53,785 nt of DNA from Candidatus Tayloriibacteriota bacterium (GTDB taxonomy: Bacteria > Patescibacteriota > Minisyncoccia > Phycocordibacterales > PALSA-1337): contig JANNAN010000019.1 of assembly GCA_031384385.1 (NCBI GenBank), forward strand, positions 1 through 53,785, given 5' to 3'. The notes under the pieces are model-generated. The model worked only from the letters and a program-made list of their open reading frames with translations, searched no databases and was not told the DNA's origin. Shown one piece after another: positions 9,804 through 19,134 of this stretch. A program made the position numbers and the translations under genes. Position 1 is the stretch's first letter, and the number at the start of each line of letters is the position of its first letter.

Positions 9804-10892
9804 ATGAAAAAGATATTCATTTATAGTTTAATAACATTACTTTTAATACCGCTAACAATAAAGACGGCAGATGCAAGAAATGATACATACACATTACTGG
9901 AGCCGTTGCCATGTATTGATGGAACAGAAAGTGAAAAATCAGCAAGCTGTGCTAAAAATAATACAGTTACAGATATGCCACTTGAAGATTATATAGGTTA
10001 TGTTTTTAAATTTGCTATTGCACTAGCAGCATTTTTGGCCGTAATTATGATTATATGGGGAGGATTTGAATATATGACCACAGAGGCCATAACAGGCAAG
10101 AGTGATGCTAGGAAAAGAATACAGGATGCTCTTACTGGATTATTAATGGTATTGGCTTCATATTTAATATTAAGAACAATAGACCCAAGATTGGTGGAGA
10201 TAAATACAAGCATACCAAAAATAGTTATCAAAACAGATGATGTTAGTAATTTTCTAGGTGCATTGGATCAAAGTTTGGCAGAAATAGCAAATGATGAAAG
10301 AGCGAAGATAAATGCGCTAGAGGACAAAATTGTTGCTAACAATTATAAAATTGAGGAATTAGAAAAAAAAGGGCTAAATTTAACGAGTGAAGAATTTATT
10401 GAGTTAGAAAATCTTAAACAAAAAAACGCGGACCACAAAAAAGAACAGGCGATAGTACTTACTGGGGGTACAGCAGCAAATCAAATGAGATTGATCGTAA
10501 ATTATGTAGACAATGCAACAGCCAAAGCAAGCATAGATAAAATGAATAACATATACGATAAAGCCATAGCGGGTTTGGATCCACAAAGAAATGCAGAAGA
10601 AATTAACGACCTTAAGACAAGGAAATCTTTCTTTGGTGAGCAAGGTGAATTTCAAAGAAACTTAGATGCAAATGGAACGGTTGTATATAAATCATATGCG
10701 ATAGGAGGAAGTGGTGGTAGTGAAATAATAAATAATACACCCTACTTAAAAGAGAAGCTGACTAACTATACAGCTCGTCTAGAAAATAATAAGAATTCAA
10801 GTATTAACGATCGAACATATACCGAGCTACTAAATACTAGAATAGAACAAATAAATAAAGTATTAGCGCCTAAAACACCTCCTAAACCCTAA
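9804..10892 (+). CDS. T4SS pilin-like (TrbC/VirB2-like, CPR T4SS_pilin type) protein with a ~230-aa C-terminal extension
   Basis: Signal peptide ...LTIKTADA, then a two-helix pilin core YIGYVFKFAIALAAFLAVIMIIWGGFEYMTTEAITGKSDARKRIQDALTGLLMVLASYLILRTI, then a long coiled-coil-like extension. Confidence 0.65.
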   Translation: MKKIFIYSLITLLLIPLTIKTADARNDTYTLLEPLPCIDGTESEKSASCAKNNTVTDMPLEDYIGYVFKFAIALAAFLAVIMIIWGGFEYMTTEAITGKSDARKRIQDALTGLLMVLASYLILRTIDPRLVEINTSIPKIVIKTDDVSNFLGALDQSLAEIANDERAKINALEDKIVANNYKIEELEKKGLNLTSEEFIELENLKQKNADHKKEQAIVLTGGTAANQMRLIVNYVDNATAKASIDKMNNIYDKAIAGLDPQRNAEEINDLKTRKSFFGEQGEFQRNLDANGTVVYKSYAIGGSGGSEIINNTPYLKEKLTNYTARLENNKNSSINDRTYTELLNTRIEQINKVLAPKTPPKP

Positions 10893-10897
10893 CCCCC

Positions 10898-12181
10898 ATG
10901 CGAAAATCATATTTCATCATCATAATAATTGTAGTAATCGGCCTGATAGCAACTGGTATGTATTATTTCTTTTACAAAAATGCAATACTAACTGATCCAA
11001 ATAATCCGCCACAACCATTTAGTTTTAATCCATTTAGCAGAGGAGGGGAAACAAATACATCAGTGCCAAAATATGCTTCAAGTACAGAAGTAGTTAAAAC
11101 AAATACTCAAAATGATACACCAGTAAAAATGCCTAAGTTAAGACAATTAAGCTCAACTCCAGTTGGTGGAATGTCTGCTAGTACAACAATGATAAGATCT
11201 CTTACTTTAGCCAGCACAACATACGAAGCAACTATTGTTAGATTTATTGATAGAGGAACAGGACATATATATCAAGCAAACGATATTAATCTTGGTATAA
11301 ATAAAATAACAAATACAACATTACCCAAGATTTATGAAAGTTACTGGAATAAAAATTCAAATACTTTAATATTACGATATTTAAAAGAAAATACAGATAA
11401 AATTACAAATTTTTATGCAGAAATAAGATCTGTGGGAAGTTCTACGGCATCAACAACTAATATATCTGAAATAAAAGGGAAGTATCTCTCTTCAGATATA
11501 AAGGAAATTGCTGTTTCACCAGCTGGTGACAAAATTTTCACATGGAATATAGAAAATGATAATGGAAATGGATATATTTCTTCTTTTGATGAAAAAAATA
11601 AAGTAAAAATAGTAGACTCACCATTAACGCAAGTAAATATTGCTTGGCCAGAAGCTTCTACTGTTACATTTACAACAAAAGGTAACTCCCAAACAGCTGG
11701 ATATGCTTACAGTGCGAATACAAAAACTGGAGAAATAAAAAAACTACTAGGCGGAGTACCAGGTTTATCTGTGAAATTAAGTGCAGATGCAAAAAAACTT
11801 CTATATTCTATCGGTGGTGAAAAATTATCAATGGGTGTATTAAATATTAAAGACGGTAGTTCTAAAGCAATGATATTTTCTACACTTGCTGATAAATGTA
11901 TTTGGAGTACCCTAAGAAAAAATGAACTTTATTGTTCAGTGCCAACAGAAATACCAACAGCTGCATACCCCGAAGACTGGTATAAAGGAACTTTATCATT
12001 TGTAGACCAAATATGGCATATAGATACAGATACAGGGGAAGTTCATTTGCTTGCCAATCTTTTAACCTTATCAAATCAACTAATAGATGCTCAAGAATTA
12101 TCATTAGATTCAAAAGAGAACTTCCTATACTTCATGAATAAAAGGAATTTGAGCCTGTGGTCATTGGATCTTAATCAATAA
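10898..12181 (+). CDS. membrane-anchored hypothetical protein, possibly beta-propeller-like; last gene of the T4SS-like operon
   Basis: 427 aa with N-terminal anchor YFIIIIIVVIGLIATGMYYFFY and a beta-rich remainder. No family recognised. Confidence 0.5.
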   Translation: MRKSYFIIIIIVVIGLIATGMYYFFYKNAILTDPNNPPQPFSFNPFSRGGETNTSVPKYASSTEVVKTNTQNDTPVKMPKLRQLSSTPVGGMSASTTMIRSLTLASTTYEATIVRFIDRGTGHIYQANDINLGINKITNTTLPKIYESYWNKNSNTLILRYLKENTDKITNFYAEIRSVGSSTASTTNISEIKGKYLSSDIKEIAVSPAGDKIFTWNIENDNGNGYISSFDEKNKVKIVDSPLTQVNIAWPEASTVTFTTKGNSQTAGYAYSANTKTGEIKKLLGGVPGLSVKLSADAKKLLYSIGGEKLSMGVLNIKDGSSKAMIFSTLADKCIWSTLRKNELYCSVPTEIPTAAYPEDWYKGTLSFVDQIWHIDTDTGEVHLLANLLTLSNQLIDAQELSLDSKENFLYFMNKRNLSLWSLDLNQ

Positions 12182-12188
12182 GAATCTT

Positions 12189-12908
12189 TTATAGTGGCTG
12201 ATGCTTATTTAAATGTCTTCTAACAATCAATTCTTGTCCTAATGTAAATAAACTACTAACTGTCCAGTAAAGTGCTACAATTGCTGAAATTTTATAAGAA
12301 ATAAAGAAAATCATAACTGGAAAAACATACTTCATATTTTTCATCATATTTTGCACCATATCAGCCTGAGAATTTGAAGCATTGTTTTGTGTTGAATTAG
12401 AAGAAACAGAGAAATGTAGTTGTAAGAACTGTGCTATCGCAGCTATTAGGGCCAGCGGGATACTTTTTAAACTGATATCAAACAAACCAAGAAAATGCAT
12501 GCTTATATTTGGGCTTATAGCAGAGTATAATAAACTTGTTTGTATTATGGGAAGCCCAGATCTAACAAAAATTGAATACAATGCAAAGATTATGGGAAGT
12601 TGTAAAAATAAAAACAAGAAACTAGATAATGGATTGACTCCTTTTTCTTTATAAAGAGCCATAACTTTTAATGCTTGTTGCTGTCGATCTGGAACAGTTT
12701 TTTTTAAATTTTCTAGGGCTGGCTGTATTTCTTTCATTCTAACTTGGGTAACGATTGCCTTTTTTGAAAGAGGGAAGAGAATAAGTCTAACTACAATTGT
12801 AAAAATTATAACAGCGATTCCCGCATCCATCCATGGAAATAAATGAATTAAATAAATAAGCCCATTATAAAGTGGGACAAAAACAAAGGTATTGTATAAA
12901 TATGACAT
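12189..12908 (-). CDS. yidC: membrane protein insertase YidC (short form)
   Basis: 239 aa, with LILFPLSKKAIVTQVRMKEIQPALENLKK...YKEKGVNPLSS typical of YidC/Oxa1. Conserved rpmH-rnpA-yidC synteny. Confidence 0.85.
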   Translation of the reverse strand: MSYLYNTFVFVPLYNGLIYLIHLFPWMDAGIAVIIFTIVVRLILFPLSKKAIVTQVRMKEIQPALENLKKTVPDRQQQALKVMALYKEKGVNPLSSFLFLFLQLPIIFALYSIFVRSGLPIIQTSLLYSAISPNISMHFLGLFDISLKSIPLALIAAIAQFLQLHFSVSSNSTQNNASNSQADMVQNMMKNMKYVFPVMIFFISYKISAIVALYWTVSSLFTLGQELIVRRHLNKHQPL

Positions 12909-12918
12909 AAAGATAATT

Positions 12919-13254
12919 CTACTTCAAAAGACCTGATTTAACAAAGATTTTTTCTATTTCATTAGATAATTCAGTAAAATCAACTTTCTCTGAGTCATTT
13001 TTCATTATAAAAACCACATTTTTACCAGAAATTAATTTACTTTGAAGCTTTCCAAGTATCGAATAAACTCTTCTTCTTGTCTTATTTCTTTCTACAGATG
13101 TCTTTGATACTTTCTTAGGGACAGATATACCAAAACGGCTTAAACCTTGAACATCCAAGCATCTTACAGTAAAAAAATGTCCATGAAAAGCTATACCTTT
13201 CTGTATAATTTCTTTAAAAAGTTTAGTGTTCAGCCTCTTTGATCTAGAGATCAT
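12919..13254 (-). CDS. rnpA: ribonuclease P protein component
   Basis: 111 aa, basic, with FGISVPKKVSKTSVERNKTRRRV. Lies immediately downstream of rpmH. Confidence 0.8.
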   Translation of the reverse strand: MISRSKRLNTKLFKEIIQKGIAFHGHFFTVRCLDVQGLSRFGISVPKKVSKTSVERNKTRRRVYSILGKLQSKLISGKNVVFIMKNDSEKVDFTELSNEIEKIFVKSGLLK

Positions 13255-13255
13255 A

Positions 13256-13390
13256 TTATACCGCTATCTTCTTTCGTCCCTTTGTTCGGCGGCGTCTAAG
13301 AACATTGCGTCCTCCTGGTGTCTTTGTACGAACAAGAAAACCGTGTGTTTTTGAGCGCTTTCTTTTCTTTGGTTGATATGTAAATGACAT
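13256..13390 (-). CDS. rpmH: 50S ribosomal protein L34 (missing from the ORF track because it is under 60 aa)
   Basis: Manual minus-strand translation gives [44 protein letters not shown] followed by a stop. This is a canonical L34 sequence in the canonical position upstream of rnpA. Confidence 0.9.
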   Translation of the reverse strand: MSFTYQPKKRKRSKTHGFLVRTKTPGGRNVLRRRRTKGRKKIAV

Positions 13391-13528
13391 AGTTCAGATA
13401 CTATACATTATGACAGATAAAAATTCAAGGTTTAGTATAAGCGTGAGAAGTTCGTAAGCGAAAAGTTGCTTTTTTCGGAACTTGTGAGAAAAAACAACCT
13501 TTTCGCATTAAAGAACTTTCAAAATTGG

Positions 13529-13567
13529 TTGTCCACAACTTATCAACATGGTTATAAGATTTCCACA
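13529..13567. promoter_or_regulatory. cluster of three same-orientation DnaA-box-like 9-mers upstream of dnaA (oriC part 1 / dnaA autoregulation)
   Basis: TTGTCCACA (13529-13537), TTATCAACA (13540-13548) and ATTTCCACA (13559-13567), compared with the consensus TTATCCACA. All lie within 75 nt of the dnaA ATG. Confidence 0.55.
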
Positions 13568-13603
13568 AGTTTGCTATTTTACAAACAAGTATATAATTGC
13601 CTC

Positions 13604-14950
13604 ATGAAAGATTATACAGAACTATGGGAAAGAGCTCTTGTCGAAATAGAATTAGCAGTTTCTCATGCAAACTTTTCTACTTGGTTTAATGGAACTTATA
13701 TTATAAAACAAGAAGAGGGTGTGATATTTTTAGGTGTTCCCAATCCATTTATACAAGAATGGTTATATAAAAAATTTCACAATGTTATTTTAAGAACATT
13801 GAGACAGCTGAATGATCAAGTTCGCGGTTTAGAATATACAATTGCTAAGGATTCTGATAAGAAAAAAGAGGGTGATGACAAAAAAACTAATCCTAGCCCA
13901 ACAATATCAATGCCTCTGCAAGATTTTTATATAAATAAAGATGATAATCTAAATCCTAGATATCTTTTTGACAATTTTGTTGTTGGACCATTCAATGAAC
14001 TAGCCCACGCTGCTTCAAAAAGTGTTATAAAAAACCCAGGCTTTGCTTATAATCCATTATTCATTTATGGAAATACCGGCCATGGAAAAACTCATCTTAT
14101 ACAAGCAATAGGAAATCATATTAAGAAAGATTTTCCACAAAAAAAAGTATTCTACCTGACATCCGAAAGATTTGGTTCAGAATATTTTTCTTCACTCCAA
14201 ACAAATACAGCACAGAAGTTTAAAGAGAAGTATAGAAAATACGATGTTATTATAATGGATGATATTCAGTTTTTTGCTAGTAAAGAAAAATTTCAAGAAG
14301 AACTATTTCATTTATTTGAAACTTTTTACCAATCAAATAGGCAATTAGTATTTTCTTCTGATAAACATCCAAATTTTATACCTGGTCTTGAAGATAGACT
14401 TAAGTCTCGTTTTGGACAGGGAATGATTATAGATATTCCTGCTCCAGATCATGAATCAAGAATGGCTATACTAAAGGCCAAAGCATTATTAAGTAATATA
14501 GATTTGGAGTCTGAAATTCTTGATTTTCTAGCTGTAAATATAGAGAGCAATGTAAGAGAGCTTGAGGGTGTTGTTAATGCTATTGTTTGTCAAACTCAAT
14601 TAAAAAATCGACCACCGACATTATTGGAGGTAAAGAATTTAATTAAAAATAATACGAAACCAAAGAAAAATATACCAATCAAAGATGTTATAAAGTTAGT
14701 TTCTAGTTTTTATAATATTTCTGAAGAAAATGTATTCAATAAAACTAGAAAAAAGGAGGTTGTTAAACCGAGACAGGTAATTATGTATATTCTTCGAGAA
14801 GATTTTAATATTTCATTCCCATCTATAGGTGAGAAGCTTGGTGGTAGAGATCATACGACGGTTATTCACTCTTGTGAGAAAATAAAAGAGGATTTAAAAA
14901 CAAACAGTTTGCTTATGGATGAAATTTCTCAGATACGCGCAATGCTCTAA
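13604..14950 (+). CDS. dnaA: chromosomal replication initiator DnaA
   Basis: Walker A GNTGHGKTHL, Walker B VIIMDDIQFF, and C-terminal DNA-binding helix GGRDHTTVIHSCEKI. I moved the start to the ATG at 13604 (MKDYTELWERAL...) because the ORF-track extension to 13466 would run through the DnaA boxes. Confidence 0.9.
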   Translation: MKDYTELWERALVEIELAVSHANFSTWFNGTYIIKQEEGVIFLGVPNPFIQEWLYKKFHNVILRTLRQLNDQVRGLEYTIAKDSDKKKEGDDKKTNPSPTISMPLQDFYINKDDNLNPRYLFDNFVVGPFNELAHAASKSVIKNPGFAYNPLFIYGNTGHGKTHLIQAIGNHIKKDFPQKKVFYLTSERFGSEYFSSLQTNTAQKFKEKYRKYDVIIMDDIQFFASKEKFQEELFHLFETFYQSNRQLVFSSDKHPNFIPGLEDRLKSRFGQGMIIDIPAPDHESRMAILKAKALLSNIDLESEILDFLAVNIESNVRELEGVVNAIVCQTQLKNRPPTLLEVKNLIKNNTKPKKNIPIKDVIKLVSSFYNISEENVFNKTRKKEVVKPRQVIMYILREDFNISFPSIGEKLGGRDHTTVIHSCEKIKEDLKTNSLLMDEISQIRAML

Positions 14951-14963
14951 TTGTTTAAAAGTA

Positions 14964-15167
14964 TGTGGAAAAGATGTGAATGACTGTTGATTAGTTGGTA
15001 ATAAAATAATAAATTAAAAAATTAATAAAAAGTTATGAGAAATATAAAAAAAATAATCCACAACATAGGAAACAATTATAAGCCTAAAGAAAAGGGTATT
15101 GTGGAGTTATCACCATATCCACAGGACTAATAATAATAATAAGTATTTATATATATAAAAAACAAAT
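14964..15167. promoter_or_regulatory. candidate oriC (dnaA-dnaN intergenic): DnaA boxes plus AT-rich unwinding-element candidates
   Basis: Boxes: TGTGGAAAA (14964-14972, reverse complement TTTTCCACA), TAATCCACA (15054-15062) and ATATCCACA (15115-15123). Almost pure A/T stretches at 15001-15053 and 15127-15167. Confidence 0.6.
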
Positions 15168-16274
15168 ATGAAAATAGAATGTGTACAAGAAAAATTAAAA
15201 ATAGCGATAGGGTATGCAGAGAAAATTGCAGGTAAACATATGACATTGCCTGTCTTGTCATGTCTCCTTATTGATGCTTCTTCAAAAAATAATTTAATTA
15301 TTAAAGCTACGAATCTAGATTTGGGTATTGAAATTTCAATACCAGCCAAAATTGACGAAATAGGAGTTGTTGCTGTTCCAGCTCAAATTATAAATTCTTT
15401 CGTAGGAGGCGTTATAAGAGATGAAAAAGGAGTTTCATTGATAATGGAGCAAAGTAATCTTAAAGTAACAACCTCGCACAGTTCTGGGGTTATAAAGACC
15501 ATGCCAGCAGACGACTTCCCAAGTATTCCTAGAATATCAGATGAAAATAATTTTTATATAAATGGAAGTGATTTTGTTAAGGGATTAAAATCTGTGGCTT
15601 ACAGTTCTTCTATTTCAAGTATTAAACCAGAATTATCCAGTGTTTATATATACTGCGAAGATGAATTTGTTGTATTTGTTGCTACAGATTCGTTTAGACT
15701 TGCAGAAAAAAGAATTAAAATTAAAAAAAGTAAGGATTTTGGACAAATTCTTATTCCGTTCAAGAACATTCCAGAAATTATAAGAATTTTAGAATTAATA
15801 AACGATGAAGTTGAGGTTAATCTAAATAAAAATCAAATATCATTTAATTATAAAGGTATTTACTTGGTTTCAAGAGTAATAGATGGTGTTTTTCCAGATT
15901 ATAAACAAATTATTCCAAAAACAAATACAACAGAAATCACTCTATTGAAACAAGACCTTATAAGTGCTCTAAAATTATCAAATATTTTTTCTGATAAATT
16001 TAATCAAATCAATTTTAAAATTGATTCTATAAATAAAAAATGCGAAATTAAAACAAAAAATAGTGATATTGGAGAAAATACAACAGTACTGGAAGCTTCT
16101 ATTTCGGGAGATGGTATAGAGATAAATTTTAATTATAAATATATTATTGATTGTTTTCAATCTATAGATTCAGATAGTGTTACTTTATATTTTGGAGGAT
16201 TGAACAGACCTATGGTTATTAGTCCTGTTTCTGATAATTCTTTTAGATATTTAGTAATGCCAATGAATAGATAA
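15168..16274 (+). CDS. dnaN: DNA polymerase III beta sliding clamp
   Basis: 368 aa. The position after dnaA, the three-domain length and the C-terminal RYLVMPMN all fit DnaN. Confidence 0.85.
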   Translation: MKIECVQEKLKIAIGYAEKIAGKHMTLPVLSCLLIDASSKNNLIIKATNLDLGIEISIPAKIDEIGVVAVPAQIINSFVGGVIRDEKGVSLIMEQSNLKVTTSHSSGVIKTMPADDFPSIPRISDENNFYINGSDFVKGLKSVAYSSSISSIKPELSSVYIYCEDEFVVFVATDSFRLAEKRIKIKKSKDFGQILIPFKNIPEIIRILELINDEVEVNLNKNQISFNYKGIYLVSRVIDGVFPDYKQIIPKTNTTEITLLKQDLISALKLSNIFSDKFNQINFKIDSINKKCEIKTKNSDIGENTTVLEASISGDGIEINFNYKYIIDCFQSIDSDSVTLYFGGLNRPMVISPVSDNSFRYLVMPMNR

Positions 16275-16279
16275 TATTT

Positions 16280-16531
16280 ATGAAAGAAATAGGTCAGTTT
16301 TTTAATAAATTTAATTCAGTTGCTATAATAGAGATAAAAAAAAGGGAATTGATTTGCGATATTATTAAAAAGGTAATAAAACAAGAGATTAATATAGAAG
16401 ATATATCATTCTCAAATAGAGTAATTAAAATAAAAGGCTCGCCTGTTTTTAAAAGTCAGATTTTAATTAAAAAAGACATTCTAATTAAAAAAATATCAGA
16501 AAAAATACCTAATTTTATTGATATAAAATAA
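16280..16531 (+). CDS. small protein, possibly DUF721/DciA-like
   Basis: 83 aa, directly after dnaN. ISFSNRVIKIKGSPVFKSQILIKKDILIKKI loosely resembles the DUF721 core. Weak assignment. Confidence 0.35.
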   Translation: MKEIGQFFNKFNSVAIIEIKKRELICDIIKKVIKQEINIEDISFSNRVIKIKGSPVFKSQILIKKDILIKKISEKIPNFIDIK

Positions 16532-16533
16532 TT

Positions 16534-19089
16534 TTAATTATTCAGATTGCTTAAAGAGAAAACAAAAGAAGTGTCAATATGATTTAGAACAATATCATAA
16601 GAAATAATTTTAATAATATTTTTTTCTTGGATACCTTTTATGTCAGCAGGAATAAAGCTTAAGGAATTTGGTGTTTTTTCATTTGTATTAACATATTTGT
16701 CATTTATGTATAATTCAGATTTTTTTAAAGGATATTTACCACTAGAAGATATATTTATTGTTAATCTTGAATTAGCGTCTACTACAGAATCTGGTTTTGG
16801 TGACAAAATAGATATCTTTGGAAAATTTTCCAATATGTGTACATTGTCCATTTCTGTTGGAATCACTGTGTCTTTTGTTTCTATGAAGGTGGGATTTTCT
16901 TTTTGCCATTTATCAAACCATTTTCTAATACCATACTCCCAGTATTCATATTGAGGGTCTTGTTTTGGATCACTAAGTGTCAGTCCCCTTGGATCATCTT
17001 TATTAATCCAATTTAAAATAGTGTGTACATCATTAAATACTATTGTTTTTTCTAATTCTGTAGGTGTTAAATCTGTTGCAACTTTTCCAGAAATTGTGTC
17101 AATTTTGTAAGAAATACCACCCCTCCACTCTCCATTTAATACAGGTTTGAGATTTGTCGGCTCTGGATCTGGTTTTTTGAAATATTCCTTAGGTAATGTG
17201 TCATTTATTTCTGCCATGAATGCTCCCCATATTGGTGCAATAATTAGTCCAGCAACTTTTTTCCCCATTGATGTATTGTCATTTTTTCCAGCCCAAGCTC
17301 CAACAACTAAATTTGGTGTGTATCCTTCGATCCATACGTCTCGAAAATCATTTGTTGTACCAGTTTTCATTGCCACCTCTCTACCGCCTAAATTGTCTGC
17401 TATTGGGTTTAGATATGAAAGACGAGCTTTTCTATCAGAAAGAATATCCGTTATCTGGCGGGCTGGTTGTGTCGGTATTGCTTGAACTGGATTTATTTTT
17501 GTTTCTTCTAAAATATTTCCTTTATTATCTTCTATTTTTAATATTGATCTATATGGATTTCTAATTCCATCATTTGCGAATACTCCATAAGCACTAGTTA
17601 ATTCAAGTAGGGAAACCTCACCACCACCAAGAACAAGAGTTAATCCGTATTGATTGGCATCTTTTAGACTTGTTATTCCCATTGCTTCTGCTGTTGAGAT
17701 TGAATCTTGAATACCAGTTAAGTATAGCGCCTTAACAGCTGGAACATTTCTTGAATGTGCTAAGGCTTGGCGTATAGTCATTGGACCTTCAAAAATAGAA
17801 TCATATTCTTCAGGTGAATAACAGACTTTAGTTACATCATCTGTTGGATTTTTAGGCTTACCATCAATAGTACATTTTGTTGAAAATTCAGTTTCAGCAT
17901 CAAAAAGTATTGTATCTGGTGTATATCCTTTCATAAAAGCTGTAGCATAAACGAATGGCTTGAATGTTGAACCTGGTTGTCTATATGCTGTGGCGATATT
18001 GAAATTTCCTTGTATTTTTTTATCAAAATAATTTCTTGAGCCAACCATTGTTAGAATATCTCCATTTTTTGGATCGATTGCTACCATCGCGGTATTACTT
18101 GCATTGAATTGTGACTCTAGACTTGCTGAGAAATTTGATACAACTTTTTCAGCTTTTTCTTGCATATTATAATCAAGAGTTGTTATAACCTTTAGACCGC
18201 CTTGCTCAACGACATCTTCACCATATTTTTTAACCAAATAATCTTTTACATATAAAGAAAAATGGGGAGCTCTAATACCGATAGTATTTTTTTCCAAAAA
18301 TTTTATATTTTCTTTTACTGCATTTTCATATTCTTGATTGGTAATAAACTTATTCTCCTTCATCTTTTGAAGAACAAGTTTATGTCTAGCATCTAGTCTG
18401 TTTAGATTTGCACCATAAGGTGAATAGAATGTTGGTGCTTGTGGAATGGCAGCTAAATAAGCAGCTTCTGCTAATGTGATATCTTTTGCAGATTTACCAA
18501 AAAAGGTTTTAGTTGCTTCTTCTATGCCGTATATACTTCCACCAAAAGGAGTTTCATTTAAATATGTATTTAAAATCTGATCTTTTGATAAAACTTTCTC
18601 TAATTTTATAGCCAAAACCCATTCTTTCAATTTTCTAGTAATAGTTTTATCTTTTGTTAGTACGGAGTTTTTTATAACTTGCTGTGTTATTGTTGATCCC
18701 CCCTGAGTTAATCCAGAGCCAGGAGTTATATTTGATAGAACAGCACGAAGGATTGAAGTTGGTTCAATTCCAAAATGTTGGTAAAATCTTGAATCCTCAA
18801 TTGCTATAACTGCATTTTTTATATTTGCAGAAATTTCTGTGAAAGGAACAACTGTTCTTTTTGCATCACTATGAATATCATAAAGTAATATCTGACCTGT
18901 TTTATCAAATATTTTTGTTGATTGGGCGACCTCTCTTGCTTCAAAAGCGCTTAAATCTGGAATTTGTAATGTTGAAAACCAAAGTATGGCAATACTAGAA
19001 CTTATTAGACCAGCAGATATTATAAGGATTATGAGTGTTTTTACTAATTTCCACTTCTTTGTATGAAAGAACTTTTTCCTATGTGTCAT
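16534..19089 (-). CDS. class A penicillin-binding protein (transglycosylase/transpeptidase) with an extra C-terminal domain
   Basis: 851 aa with an N-terminal TM segment. GT51 motif IEDSRFYQHFGI; transpeptidase motifs STFKPF (SxxK) and KTGTTND. Confidence 0.9.
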   Translation of the reverse strand: MTHRKKFFHTKKWKLVKTLIILIISAGLISSSIAILWFSTLQIPDLSAFEAREVAQSTKIFDKTGQILLYDIHSDAKRTVVPFTEISANIKNAVIAIEDSRFYQHFGIEPTSILRAVLSNITPGSGLTQGGSTITQQVIKNSVLTKDKTITRKLKEWVLAIKLEKVLSKDQILNTYLNETPFGGSIYGIEEATKTFFGKSAKDITLAEAAYLAAIPQAPTFYSPYGANLNRLDARHKLVLQKMKENKFITNQEYENAVKENIKFLEKNTIGIRAPHFSLYVKDYLVKKYGEDVVEQGGLKVITTLDYNMQEKAEKVVSNFSASLESQFNASNTAMVAIDPKNGDILTMVGSRNYFDKKIQGNFNIATAYRQPGSTFKPFVYATAFMKGYTPDTILFDAETEFSTKCTIDGKPKNPTDDVTKVCYSPEEYDSIFEGPMTIRQALAHSRNVPAVKALYLTGIQDSISTAEAMGITSLKDANQYGLTLVLGGGEVSLLELTSAYGVFANDGIRNPYRSILKIEDNKGNILEETKINPVQAIPTQPARQITDILSDRKARLSYLNPIADNLGGREVAMKTGTTNDFRDVWIEGYTPNLVVGAWAGKNDNTSMGKKVAGLIIAPIWGAFMAEINDTLPKEYFKKPDPEPTNLKPVLNGEWRGGISYKIDTISGKVATDLTPTELEKTIVFNDVHTILNWINKDDPRGLTLSDPKQDPQYEYWEYGIRKWFDKWQKENPTFIETKDTVIPTEMDNVHILENFPKISILSPKPDSVVDANSRLTINISSSGKYPLKKSELYINDKYVNTNEKTPNSLSFIPADIKGIQEKNIIKIISYDIVLNHIDTSFVFSLSNLNN

Positions 19090-19134
19090 TTCGAAATTTT
19101 ATCATAAATATGTTACATTACATAGTATAAACAT

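Noticed and set aside
1-12181. Head-on orientation of the T4SS-like operon relative to the adjacent origin, as evidence of recent insertion.
   Set aside because: Genes to the right of the origin are also frequently head-on (PBP, ruvCB-pilB, the 10.8-kb surface operon). This genome shows no strong strand bias, so the orientation is not informative.
13466-13603. N-terminal 46-aa extension of dnaA from a TTG start.
   Set aside because: It would translate through the DnaA-box cluster. The conserved DnaA N-terminus begins at the ATG at 13604.
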